From the IMG/VR virus record IMGVR_UViG_3300022562_000124, positions 1-64,000 of that record: a stretch of DNA of 64,000 nt. One strand, given 5' to 3'. The stretch is from a virus. Shown here in pieces: positions 46,426 through 57,000 of the stretch. The notes beneath the pieces are model-generated. The model did not search any database and was not told where the DNA came from. It saw only the letters and a program-made list of their open reading frames with translations. A program made the translations under genes and the position numbers. Each line of letters opens with the position of its first letter. Positions within the stretch are counted from its first letter, which is position 1.

Positions 46426-47305
46426 GCTTTGTAATGATAACTTGACCAGAGCCAGTTCTTACGCCTGTAGACATAGTTCCACTCGTGACACCGCCAATAT
46501 AACCAGAGCCACCGCCGCCGCCTGAACCAAAGTTAGCGCCAGCAGATTGTGCGCCACCGCTACCACCACCATAGTACCCACCGCCACCACCGCCACCAGC
46601 CCCATAGGTATCAGTAGTAGTTCCACCAACACCTAGCGTACCGGGTTGACCAAAATAGTTACCATAACCAGCAATACCACCAGCAGTTTGTGTACCACCA
46701 CCGCCTGTATACGCCAAGCCACTACCATTGGTACCGGACCAGCCGCCTGTACCAGTTTCACCGCCACCACCACCCGGATAAACGTCATATGATGCGTTAT
46801 AGGCAGATGACCCCCCGCCGCCACCAGCGACAATAATTCGATTGGCTAGCGCAGTCCCCCCAACTCTAACATCTGAGGCACCGCCACCGGGACGGCCAAG
46901 ACCTAAGGCATTACCGCCGCCGCCCCATCCACCAGAAACGTTGGAAAGGTTTTGACCAGCTTGACCAACAATGATATTGATCTTTTGCCCAGCTTCAAGT
47001 AGAATATTTCCTTTTGAATATCCGCCCAAGCCACCAGTATCATTACCTGTGCCACCCTGTGCACCATAGCACTCAATTTGATAAAGACCAGTTAAAGGAC
47101 ATGTCCAAGTTTGAATACCGGTTGTTGTCACATTAAAATAGTCGGTGTTATTTAACCATGGGTTTAATGTGGTATTATATGATGCGAGACATTGCGCTCT
47201 GGTTGGACCCGTTGGCCCGATCAGACCAGCCGAAGTGAACGTAAATGAAGTAAAACTATAAAGAGCGTATGTGAAAAAGAAAGAATTCAATAGACCACCA
47301 GCCAT
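46421..47305 (-). CDS. glycine-rich virion/fibre-tip protein
   Basis: FTFTSAG..GPTGPT, GIQTWT.P..G.Y.IE..GAQGG, GGGASDVR, IIVAGGGGG, GGGGSGY: glycine-rich domain common in phage tail adhesins. Confidence 0.8.
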   Translation of the reverse strand: MAGGLLNSFFFTYALYSFTSFTFTSAGLIGPTGPTRAQCLASYNTTLNPWLNNTDYFNVTTTGIQTWTCPLTGLYQIECYGAQGGTGNDTGGLGGYSKGNILLEAGQKINIIVGQAGQNLSNVSGGWGGGGNALGLGRPGGGASDVRVGGTALANRIIVAGGGGGSSAYNASYDVYPGGGGGETGTGGWSGTNGSGLAYTGGGGTQTAGGIAGYGNYFGQPGTLGVGGTTTDTYGAGGGGGGGYYGGGSGGAQSAGANFGSGGGGGSGYIGGVTSGTMSTGVRTGSGQVIITKL

Positions 47306-47307
47306 TA

Positions 47308-50145
47308 TTATGCTTTCCTATAATATAGCGTTACCTTAAGACCAGTTGCCCCCGTTCCAGCAGCATCAATATCAAAAGTAATTTCCGCATCATCAGTAAT
47401 AGATGTGGTAGTCAATGTGGTTGGAGTTGTTGCTGTAACTGAAGTCTTTTCTGTAGCATCGATTGATAACTTATCAGTACCAAGAATGCTTGTGCCTTCG
47501 ACATTGATATCAACAGTAACAAGACCACTTGAGCTAGCTGTTTTTAGTGAAGCTCTTGGAATCTGATATAGTTCCATAGCAAATGGTGCTCTAAAGCTTA
47601 CCTTTGAAGCTCCTGTAGTAATTGCTGTACCTTCATCAGAAAGAGCAGTAATAAGGAAAATATCTTGAATACCAGCAGAACCGACATATCCAACACCACC
47701 AATAGGACCCGGAGCAGATTCCTGTACCCATTGTGAAGAGTCGGTGTCTGTGTAATATACGTATCTCTTGCCGTTATCAGAATTATACCAAGTGTCACCC
47801 GGTTGAATTCCTGTTGGTGCTGTGTTACCAACATAGGTCTTGCCAACAGAACCAGTATAACCGATAGAGCCTGTATAACCTACAGAGCCGTCATATCCGC
47901 GAGAACCATCATAACCACGTGAACCATCATAACCCGCACCAGCAGAACCAGTGTAGCCATCCTGACCTTGGAAACCACGTGAACCATCGTAACCACGAGA
48001 ACCAGTGTAGCCCTCAAAACCACGAGAACCAGTATAACCAAATTCACCCTGTGGACCTGTATCACCCTTGGAACCATCATAGCCACGAGAGCCATCATAG
48101 CCTACAGAACCTGTATAGCCTGTTAGACCAACAGAGCCAGAGTAACCAACAGAACCAGTATACCCTAGATCGCCACGATCACCCTTGGAGCCTGTGAAAC
48201 CAACAGAACCAGTATACCCTAGATCGCCACGATCACCAGCAGAACCAGTATAGCCAATGGAACCGTCATATCCACGAGAACCAGTATAACCATCTGTACC
48301 CTGATATCCATCGATACCGCGAGAACCAGTATATCCCGTATCGCCCTGTGGTCCAACAATCTGACCCACATCGTTCCAATTTGTTCCATCATATACCCAA
48401 AGATTTCCGGTAGCAAGATCAATTACAGAGTTACCAGATACGGCAGATGGGTAATAATATTTTAAATATCCGTCTGGATTGTTTGGACCGCCTGTGGGAT
48501 ATACTGCATTAACATCAGGTTCAGAACCAATAATTGTAATTGACGTACCTTGCTCACCCTTGGAACCAGTGTAGCCAATAGAACCATCGTAGCCACGTGA
48601 ACCATCATAGCCTACAGAGCCTGTATAGCCTACAGAACCAGTGTAACCCAGAGAACCGGCATATCCAGTAATACCGGCATCACCCTTGGACCCGGTATAA
48701 CCTAAAGAACCATCGTAGCCAGTATTACCGATTTCACCCTTGGAACCATCGTAACCACGAGAGCCAGTATAACCAGTAATACCTTGTGAACCAGTATAAC
48801 CAATAGAACCAGAGTAACCAAGGTCGCCGCGCTCACCCATAGAGCCAGTATAACCCATCGGCCCTTGAACACCGCGAGAACCAGCATAACCAACAGGAGA
48901 AGGCTTATTAATCCATCTTTGGTTTATACCATCATAACCAAGGTAATCATCATTCTGTGCATCAGTGATTTGTACATCACTTAAGTTACCAAGGTTATAC
49001 CCTGTGCGAAGATTGACAAATACGCTGCCAGATGTAGCTACCCTACTTACTCGTGCAACTTCAATCTTATAATCTGGCGCGGTTGGTTCGGTATCTGTAA
49101 GTTTACCCGGAATGTCGGGATCAAGATATAGTCGTGCACCAGCAAGATAAGCAGTAGTATTTAAATCGTGAACCTTACCATAACTTGTAACATAACCCAA
49201 CTCACCAACATCCATGTCATGGGTAGCGATACCCAAAACGAGATTAGGTCTGAATCCTTCCGAATTCATGTCAGCAGGTTTAAACTGTGTCTGCCCAAGA
49301 TCGTTTACGCCAGCATACATGACAACTTGACCATTATTAATGGCTACGTTAGCAGTACCTTGGGCATGTAATTCCTGACCAAGCTGAAGAACAACTACGT
49401 CATTTAGCTGTAGGTCAACAGTGCCATATCTACTATTCCAAGAAAAGTACTTTGTTGGAGTATTGTTGGCATCATTGGTATTAAGATATAAAACATTCGC
49501 AGTAAGCGAAGTAGCATTGACGCTATTCGCTATAGTTTGACCAATAGCACCCGGAGTTTCCCAAGTCAACCCCTGTAGATAATTTGAATTATTTGCTGTG
49601 TATGAGAATATAGAGTTGACAGCAAAGGTCGCACTGTTTACATTAAGTGTGCTTTCACCTTTACCATATGCATAGTTGGCAACGTTAGCAAAGTAAGCGA
49701 ATTGAGAATTGGTTGCATAAACGGCACTGCGAACATCAAGTTTATCTTCTGTTTTGCCGTATGCATAGACAGAATTATTTGATGTTGCATACTGAAAGAT
49801 ATATGCAAGGTCAAGTGAAATAAACAGATTACCAGAGTTGCCGCCGCCAACAATACCGTCTTGTCCAGTGATAGACAGAATCGGAGTATCCCAGAATACT
49901 CCATTAGAGCCAACGGTCAGTACTTGATTGATGTTACCAATTGTGTTGTTTGCTTCAACATACTTAACGACAAGGTTAGAAGACCAGTATCTTCCCCCTG
50001 AAGTATTGGAGAGCAAAAACTGATTATCTGTTAGAGCAACCCCTAGATTAGGTTCTGCCTGAGAAGGATGTAGGTAAGAATATCTATCAGCAGAAACATC
50101 AGTAGGTAGGGTGACTGATATTCTATCAGATAATAATTTAAACAT
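47308..50145 (-). CDS. long collagen-like tail fibre protein (GYTGS/GYDGS repeats)
   Basis: AEPNLG N-terminal motif, LSDV..DAQN motif, two long Gly-X-Y runs rich in GYT/GYD/GS; one knob module shared with 45298..46395. Confidence 0.85.
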   Translation of the reverse strand: MFKLLSDRISVTLPTDVSADRYSYLHPSQAEPNLGVALTDNQFLLSNTSGGRYWSSNLVVKYVEANNTIGNINQVLTVGSNGVFWDTPILSITGQDGIVGGGNSGNLFISLDLAYIFQYATSNNSVYAYGKTEDKLDVRSAVYATNSQFAYFANVANYAYGKGESTLNVNSATFAVNSIFSYTANNSNYLQGLTWETPGAIGQTIANSVNATSLTANVLYLNTNDANNTPTKYFSWNSRYGTVDLQLNDVVVLQLGQELHAQGTANVAINNGQVVMYAGVNDLGQTQFKPADMNSEGFRPNLVLGIATHDMDVGELGYVTSYGKVHDLNTTAYLAGARLYLDPDIPGKLTDTEPTAPDYKIEVARVSRVATSGSVFVNLRTGYNLGNLSDVQITDAQNDDYLGYDGINQRWINKPSPVGYAGSRGVQGPMGYTGSMGERGDLGYSGSIGYTGSQGITGYTGSRGYDGSKGEIGNTGYDGSLGYTGSKGDAGITGYAGSLGYTGSVGYTGSVGYDGSRGYDGSIGYTGSKGEQGTSITIIGSEPDVNAVYPTGGPNNPDGYLKYYYPSAVSGNSVIDLATGNLWVYDGTNWNDVGQIVGPQGDTGYTGSRGIDGYQGTDGYTGSRGYDGSIGYTGSAGDRGDLGYTGSVGFTGSKGDRGDLGYTGSVGYSGSVGLTGYTGSVGYDGSRGYDGSKGDTGPQGEFGYTGSRGFEGYTGSRGYDGSRGFQGQDGYTGSAGAGYDGSRGYDGSRGYDGSVGYTGSIGYTGSVGKTYVGNTAPTGIQPGDTWYNSDNGKRYVYYTDTDSSQWVQESAPGPIGGVGYVGSAGIQDIFLITALSDEGTAITTGASKVSFRAPFAMELYQIPRASLKTASSSGLVTVDINVEGTSILGTDKLSIDATEKTSVTATTPTTLTTTSITDDAEITFDIDAAGTGATGLKVTLYYRKA

Positions 50146-50609
50146 TAAATGACCCCGATATGTTCGTTAGATAGTTTCTCTTCGGCAGAAGTCCATACGT
50201 CAAATACGTTATTCGCTTCCGCTCTAACCTGAATAGCATCCCCGTTCAATGAGTCGGGATTTCTCTTAAAAATACTTCTACCCTGAATAGGAATAAAAGC
50301 AGTGTCATATGGAGGCACAGAAATTTTACCAAAGCTAATCGCAACATTCGCTTCAGTATAAAGCTGAACTTCAACCCAATAAGTATTTGCTGTCTTGTTT
50401 CTTGCGGAGATAGGAGTAATGAAGAATACTTCACCCGGTCTTACGGCACGAGTGGTGTCCGTAGGGTCTCTATTGGCAAATGTGTTTGAAGGATCAGGAA
50501 CCGAAAAGTCTGGTGCTTCCGCAATGGTTTCATAATTGGTTGTTACATCAACTTTAGTAACCAAAAGCGGCTTTCCTGTTGATGGTGTCTTACACTTAAT
50601 TCTTGTCAC
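50145..50609 (-). CDS. hypothetical virion structural protein
   Basis: 154-aa beta-rich ORF coupled between two large virion genes; GTG start. Confidence 0.75.
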   Translation of the reverse strand: MTRIKCKTPSTGKPLLVTKVDVTTNYETIAEAPDFSVPDPSNTFANRDPTDTTRAVRPGEVFFITPISARNKTANTYWVEVQLYTEANVAISFGKISVPPYDTAFIPIQGRSIFKRNPDSLNGDAIQVRAEANNVFDVWTSAEEKLSNEHIGVI

Positions 50610-53600
50610 TTAGAAACTCCTTGAAATGGCGGTCTTCGTTGCTATTCTATTTACCGCAGTATCAAATGGTGGACCAGAAAGTTCACCAGTATCAGCATTA
50701 ATTTGCATACCACCAACGAACAGCGCGGAACCCTGATCATCCTGTCCACTTGCAATAACAATACCCTGATCCAGTTCCAAAATACTATCTTGGATAGTAG
50801 CTTGGTTTAATACTGGTGGAATCTTTGTAAGAGCAACACCAGCAAGAACAGCAGTCCAAGTATGACCAATCGCAGTAATGACAGATGGCTGTACAGTAAA
50901 GGACGGGTTTTTCGCAGTATATATCAAAGCAGCAATCAACGAAGAAATAATATCTCTTGTAGTGTTATTTATATTAAGTGCGTTTATATCGTCTCTCATC
51001 GTATTCCATGAGAAGATGAATGCACTAAGCTTATCAGCATCAATAACACTGACACCATTGGTATCAAAGAATCCCTTGGCAAAGTCAAGTGCTGGCTTTT
51101 CATTTGCTGACTGTAGAACCCATGTCAATACTTGAATAAGGTTTCCTGCGTCTCGTCTTGTGTAAGCTTCGTCTTGTGCTGTCCAACCAGTTGTGTATCC
51201 ACCATCAACCAGAGCATTCCACATACTATCAATAATAGCTTGTCTTGCTGCAAAGATTGTGGTAGCATCTGAGGATTGTTGTGACAATAGAGTTGTGACA
51301 AATGAAGGATAACGAAGCGTGAATTCAATTGAGGTTAAGAACTCATCGACCATCGTAGCCGCACTTCTGCTTACACCCGGAATGCTATAAACATAATTTC
51401 TGATATAACGATAGCAGAATAGGAATGCTTCTAGTTCGTTTGAAGGGAATACAGCAGTACCATTTGCATAGTACAGACTCTTTACGAAATTAATAATGTA
51501 TGTTTGATCAGCGTTCTGAAGTGCTCTTGTTATTGCTAGCAATAGTGTTGCGGCATCACGGCGAGTGAATGCTTCTAGCTCATTAGACCATCCGGCAGCA
51601 AGCCCTTCTCTGTAAAGCTGATACCACATACCGTCAATAATATCTTGCTGTGCCGCAGTGATTGCACTAGCAGCATCTGTCTGTGTGGTAAATGCAGTTT
51701 GAAGCAGAACAGGATATTCTACAGTTGCCACAAGAGCATCGAAAATCTTATCGACAACCGTCTTGACAGAATTGTCAATTGATAATAGATTGATGTTTGT
51801 GTTTAGATAATCGTATGCAAATAGGAATGCGGATTTCTTTGATGGCTCAATTACTGAGGTACCATCAAGGTAGAACAATCCTCTAATAAATGTACGCAGG
51901 TAATTTTCATTGCCTGTTTGAAGTGTTCTTGCAATTGTATTAAGAAGATTTGTTGCGTCTCTCTTAGTTAGCTGCTCTTCTTCGGCTGTCCAAAGCTCAA
52001 CATAGTCATTGTCTACAAGAGCAGTCCACATACCATTTACTAGGGTGGTAGATGCTGTAACGATTTCATTACCCGCAAGAACTTGTAGTGCAGGGATAGA
52101 AGTCAATGGTGTTGACGTAATTGCATCAGCAATGATTCCAGAAATTTCCGTAGAAATAGTTGTTTTTGAATTGACAGATATAGCTAATGCATTTAAAGCA
52201 GTGTCAATATAATTGAATCCAAATTCAAATGCGTCTAGCTTGTCTGAGTCGATTACAGTATATCCAAAAACATCAAACAATCCCCATCTGAAGCTATCGA
52301 TGTAGCTCTTGTCTCCTGTATGAAGGTATCCAGCAAGAGCCTGAATTAATAGGCCAGAATCTCTTTTAGTAAATTCTTCATCTTGTGGTGTCCATCCAGC
52401 GGTATATCCGCCATTTACAAGAGCAGTCCACATATCATTAATGATAGTTGTTTTAGCAGCATCTACAACTAGAGCATCTTCAATTCCGGTCACAATATTT
52501 GAAGTGGCAGGTGTTGACACCATGTCACTTACGAGTGTAAAAGATGATGAAACAATTGTCTGTGCGCCTGAAGTCATACCGGGTAAAGTATTGATTTCAG
52601 TTTCAAGATAACCATATGACGCTAGCACGGCATCTACAACAGCAGGAGAAAATACGGAAGTGCCATCATATAGCAACAGACCTCTCGCAAAGTTTTCGAC
52701 ATATTTACTGTCGCCAGTGCGTAGAGTCCCTACGATTGCTTCGATCAAATTTCCAGCATCGCGCTTGGTGAAATCTTCCTGTTCCTGTGTCCATCCTGTG
52801 ACGTAATTGTTGTTGACAAGTTCTGTCCACATGTTATCAATAATAGATTGTTTTACGCCAATGACGATATCGCCAGAAGCAACTTCCAAGGAACCTGATG
52901 CAGTATATGAAACCGCCTGAGGAAGCACAGCATTGGCTGGTGCCTGTGGATCGATTACACTGGTATTTTCGACTTCTGTTGGTGAAACAAGCTGTCTTGT
53001 TCCCTTTGAAATCATGGTGTAGTCACCAAACTGTGTAGAACAGGATGAAAGAATAATTTGACCGCCGCTTAGAGCATAGAAGTGCTTATGTGCCCAGATA
53101 GAAACAGCGTTAACAGCGTTGATAAGAGCACCATTCTTAGCGCAGTACCCAATACCATTCTGTGTGACAGGAGTAGCACCCCATGTCATGATGTTAGGGA
53201 ATATGGAGTATGGTGAGCATACAGCGCCATCAGCAAGAACAACGCCGCCGCCCTTGCCTACTAGAGGGTTTCCGTTATCTCTGTCAAGTGGTGGAGCAAT
53301 ATAATCCCATGATGGAATTCTTCTGATAGCGCACTTGTGGGCATATGGTGTACGAACAATGACTGCACCCGGTCTGAATGAGAAAGCGAATCCTTCTGTA
53401 GGATCGTCAAAGTCATCAACCTCAAACCCTTCAATCATCAAGCCTTCAACAAAGCAACCAGAACCCATTCTGAATACGTTTCTTTGTTCGTATCCAGCTA
53501 CTGGACGGATAAATACAGTACGGTGAACAGAACGAATTGCACAGTTGTCTGGCATGTCAATGTGACCTTGAGTATAGTATGTACCCGGCCCAATGTCAAT

Positions 53601-53912
53601 TAGGGTAGGTATGCCATTTCTCAATGCTACTGCTTCCATCGCCCTTTCAATAGTGGCAAAAGCTCTTTCCCAAGATGTACCTTCGTTGTTTACATCGTCG
53701 CCATTGACTGATACATAGAATGTATTTCCAACGGGAACTTTGCTGACAAACTGTACGATTTCGTCAACAGGATCGCCCTCGACCTCATATCTACGGCGAG
53801 TAAAAATCTTCCCGTCATAAATGTTGAGAGCAATTTCACCTAGCAACAAATCACTGACTGTAGGTGTTACGCCAGTATTGGAGCTACGCTTAAATAAGAT
53901 TTTATCCGCCAT
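50610..53912 (-). CDS. large late virion protein: fibre-attachment N-motif, beta-helix-like region, five tandem phycobiliprotein/globin-like repeats
   Basis: KILFKRS....P....L..GEIALN..DGKIF head; FYVSVNGDD...G.SW..AFATIE.A; five about 134-aa repeats II..MW..L....Y..GW...E..T(K/R)RDA..L.......L..G; C-terminal SGQDDQG..FVG...INADTG. Start moved to the ATG at 53912. Confidence 0.8.
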   Translation of the reverse strand: MADKILFKRSSNTGVTPTVSDLLLGEIALNIYDGKIFTRRRYEVEGDPVDEIVQFVSKVPVGNTFYVSVNGDDVNNEGTSWERAFATIERAMEAVALRNGIPTLIDIGPGTYYTQGHIDMPDNCAIRSVHRTVFIRPVAGYEQRNVFRMGSGCFVEGLMIEGFEVDDFDDPTEGFAFSFRPGAVIVRTPYAHKCAIRRIPSWDYIAPPLDRDNGNPLVGKGGGVVLADGAVCSPYSIFPNIMTWGATPVTQNGIGYCAKNGALINAVNAVSIWAHKHFYALSGGQIILSSCSTQFGDYTMISKGTRQLVSPTEVENTSVIDPQAPANAVLPQAVSYTASGSLEVASGDIVIGVKQSIIDNMWTELVNNNYVTGWTQEQEDFTKRDAGNLIEAIVGTLRTGDSKYVENFARGLLLYDGTSVFSPAVVDAVLASYGYLETEINTLPGMTSGAQTIVSSSFTLVSDMVSTPATSNIVTGIEDALVVDAAKTTIINDMWTALVNGGYTAGWTPQDEEFTKRDSGLLIQALAGYLHTGDKSYIDSFRWGLFDVFGYTVIDSDKLDAFEFGFNYIDTALNALAISVNSKTTISTEISGIIADAITSTPLTSIPALQVLAGNEIVTASTTLVNGMWTALVDNDYVELWTAEEEQLTKRDATNLLNTIARTLQTGNENYLRTFIRGLFYLDGTSVIEPSKKSAFLFAYDYLNTNINLLSIDNSVKTVVDKIFDALVATVEYPVLLQTAFTTQTDAASAITAAQQDIIDGMWYQLYREGLAAGWSNELEAFTRRDAATLLLAITRALQNADQTYIINFVKSLYYANGTAVFPSNELEAFLFCYRYIRNYVYSIPGVSRSAATMVDEFLTSIEFTLRYPSFVTTLLSQQSSDATTIFAARQAIIDSMWNALVDGGYTTGWTAQDEAYTRRDAGNLIQVLTWVLQSANEKPALDFAKGFFDTNGVSVIDADKLSAFIFSWNTMRDDINALNINNTTRDIISSLIAALIYTAKNPSFTVQPSVITAIGHTWTAVLAGVALTKIPPVLNQATIQDSILELDQGIVIASGQDDQGSALFVGGMQINADTGELSGPPFDTAVNRIATKTAISRSF

Positions 53913-53966
53913 GGTATCCCTTAATAAATAGATGTGTGCGAACACGGTTCGTAGTAATCTGTCATT

Positions 53967-53974
53967 TATTTATA
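53967..53974 (-). promoter_or_regulatory. T4-type late promoter heading the 53912-46421 virion operon
   Basis: Exact TATAAATA. Confidence 0.82.
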
Positions 53975-54007
53975 ATAGATACTTTTTGTTGAAGAAGTGA
54001 GAACGAA

Positions 54008-57000
54008 ATGAAAATTTGTTTTATTGATACCCTAGGTCTTTGCTATGACGGCACTACGCTAAGCAAGCGTGGCTTAGGTGGCTCAGAATCAGCCGTCATC
54101 CTCATGTCAAAAGAACTTGCCAAGATTGGGTTTTCTGTCACAGTTTATAATGACTGTACTTCGGATGATACTAAACCCGGAGTATATGATGGTGTAACCT
54201 ATCGTCCTTTAAAGTCTGTTGAAACGGATGCACCAGACTATGACGTAATGATTGGTTCCCGCTCTGTAGCTGCATTTGCACCCGCATACATGAAAGAGCG
54301 TTTTAAAACATTCTCATACGTTCCAGACTTTACCAGATTCCAGCAGAATATCAAGCACAAGATTTTGTGGATGCATGATACTTTCTGCGATGGTGACGAT
54401 TTAATTGAGCCGTTCCTACTTGACGGTTTAATCAATGAAGTTTTCGTTCTCTCTGACTTCCATCTTGACTATGTGACAAACTGTGATCATGGTAAGAAGC
54501 GCATGTTCGAAGTCCTGAAGCGTTATATGTTCCAGACTCGCAACGGCATTGGTGCGATGAATCCCGGCTGGATCGATATCAAGGACAAGGACCCCAATCT
54601 ATTTGTCTACAATTCATCCCTCACAAAGGGCATGGTCCCGCTTGTAAACGATATCTGGCCTAAAGTCAAGGAACAAGCACCAGACGCTAAGCTCATTGTG
54701 ATTGGCGGTTTCTATCGTTTTCGTGAAGGACATACACCCGATCAGCAGGAACTAGATTGGCGCGAAATGGTCAAGCGCAATGAAAACGCAGGGCTTGACA
54801 TTACATTCACTGGTGTTATACCACAGCAAGAAATTTCTGATATCCTTCGCAAGGCATCGTACATGATTTATCCATGTGCATTCCCTGAGACGTTTGGTAT
54901 CTCCACACTAGAAGCATTGGCGCACAACGTTCCTATCATTACCTGTAACTTTGGTGCAGAAGAAGAAACCGCTATTGACTCTGCGTCATATAAGATTCCG
55001 TTCCCTGTTGAACCTAATGGTCTATTCCCATGGGTAAACAAGGAAGATCAGGTTAACCGCTTCGTTGACATGACACTTCGCGCTTATTATGACAAGTATC
55101 TACATCAGCAAAAGATGTACGCATGTAATGCCGTCAAAGACATTTGTGGATGGAATTCTGTTGCCAAGCAGTGGAAGCAGCACCTATTCCATAAACTAGG
55201 CGAATTCTTGCCAGTTGACGAGTATCGTGAAGTTCAAAAGATTAATCATGATGTTCGTAAGACATTTGGTCGCCGCTTCACAAATCTTGAAGAGCTACAG
55301 GAACCAAGACAAAGACAAAAAGAAATTGCGATTCTGACAGCCGTGTATAATGCAGAAGATTATGTTGGTAAGTGTATTCGCTCTGTTGCTGCACAGGACT
55401 ATTACGATTATACAATGTACATCGTAAATGATGCATCTACGGATAACACCCTAAATGCAATTAAACAGACAATTAATTCTTTACCAGAAAAGATTCGTCA
55501 TAAGTTTGTTGTCATTAACAACGAAGAAAATATCGGTGCTGTAGCTAATCACTACAAGATCATCGATGAATATCTTGGTGAAGAGCAGTTCATCATGATC
55601 CTAGATGGTGATGATTGGCTTGTCAATGATCCAAACATTTTCCATAAGTACAACAATCTCTATCATGATGGTGCAGAGTTTACCTATGGGTCATGTTGGT
55701 CTCTTGCTGACAACATTCCTCTCATCGCTCAGCCATATCCGCCAGAGGTAAAGGAAGCACGTTCTTATCGTGACTACAAGTTTAATTGGAACATGCCATA
55801 TACTCACCTTCGCACTTTCCATGCTAAGCTTCTAAGAGGGCTTGACAGCAGTGATCTAATGGTGAATGGAGAATGGCCAAAGGCTGGTGGTGATACCGCA
55901 CTATTCTATCACTTGATCGAAAAGGCTGATCCCGATAAGATCGTATGTGTGCCAGATGTTGTTTATGTTTATAACGACAAGAATCCATTGAACGACTATA
56001 AGATCAATGGCGATGAGCAGACCAAGACAGCGAATGCTATTATGGGCAAGGGCAAGGCCGTGGAGAAGTTTTCTGTCATTGTGCCTACCATGTGGCGCTG
56101 TAAGGACGTATTCTCTAAGGCACTACAGAGCTATATCGATCATGACTTGGTAGATGAAATCATCATCATTAATAATGACAAGAAAGAAACACCAAACTGG
56201 CTAGGACTTGATCATCCTAAAATCAAGATGCTAACTCAGGAGCAAAACATTTACTGTAACCCTGCATGGAATCTTGGTGCGGAAGTTGCCGTAAACAATA
56301 AGCTATGTTTTGTCAACGATGATATTGAATTTGACACCAAGCTATTCGATAAGATTCATTCTCGTGTCATTCCAGAACTTGGTGTTCATGGTATGGTGAC
56401 AGGGGAAGAAAAGTTTGGCCATCCACAGTCAACGGACTTTTCCATCGACTTTACAAAGTGGTATTGGGGTGATAATATTCATGGATTTGGGCAGTTATTC
56501 TTTGTCCACAAGCACAATTGGATTCCAGTACCAGAAGGTCTAGACCTTTATTATGGTGACGATATGATATTCCATCAGCATCTTCATCGCGGTCTAGATA
56601 ATTACCTAATCTACAATCTTCGTTTCTATTCACCAATGGCACAGACAACTTCCGATCCTGCTATTCGTGGAAACAAGATTGAAACAGAACGTCCTATTTT
56701 TGACAAGTGGATGAGCGAAAACCAACTAATGAGTATTACTCAATGGTTGCGCCCAGAACCAACACCAGAGGAAGCAGTAGTACCAGTTATGGACCAAAGA
56801 GTAAAGCGCATTCTAATCGCAATTCCATGTAAGAATGATATCGAAGCTGATACATTTAAATCGATTTATGACCAGATCATTCCAGATGGTTATGAGACCG
56901 ATTTCCAGTACTTCTATGGTTATGCCGTAGATCAGGTTCGCAACTTGATTGCAGATTGGACAGTCAATGGTTATGATTACCTATTCGCTGTTGACCATGA

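Noticed and set aside
47850-48900. CRISPR-like or non-coding tandem repeat array
   Set aside because: The 9/18-nt periodicity is explained by Gly-X-Y codons in an open frame, with no constant repeat and unique spacer structure. The same applies to 63360-64000.
53948-53976. Possible plus-strand sigma70 promoter TTCGTA-N17-TATAAT for the giant glycosyltransferase
   Set aside because: The -35 match is poor and the -10 is largely a by-product of the overlapping late promoter; not supportable without TSS data.
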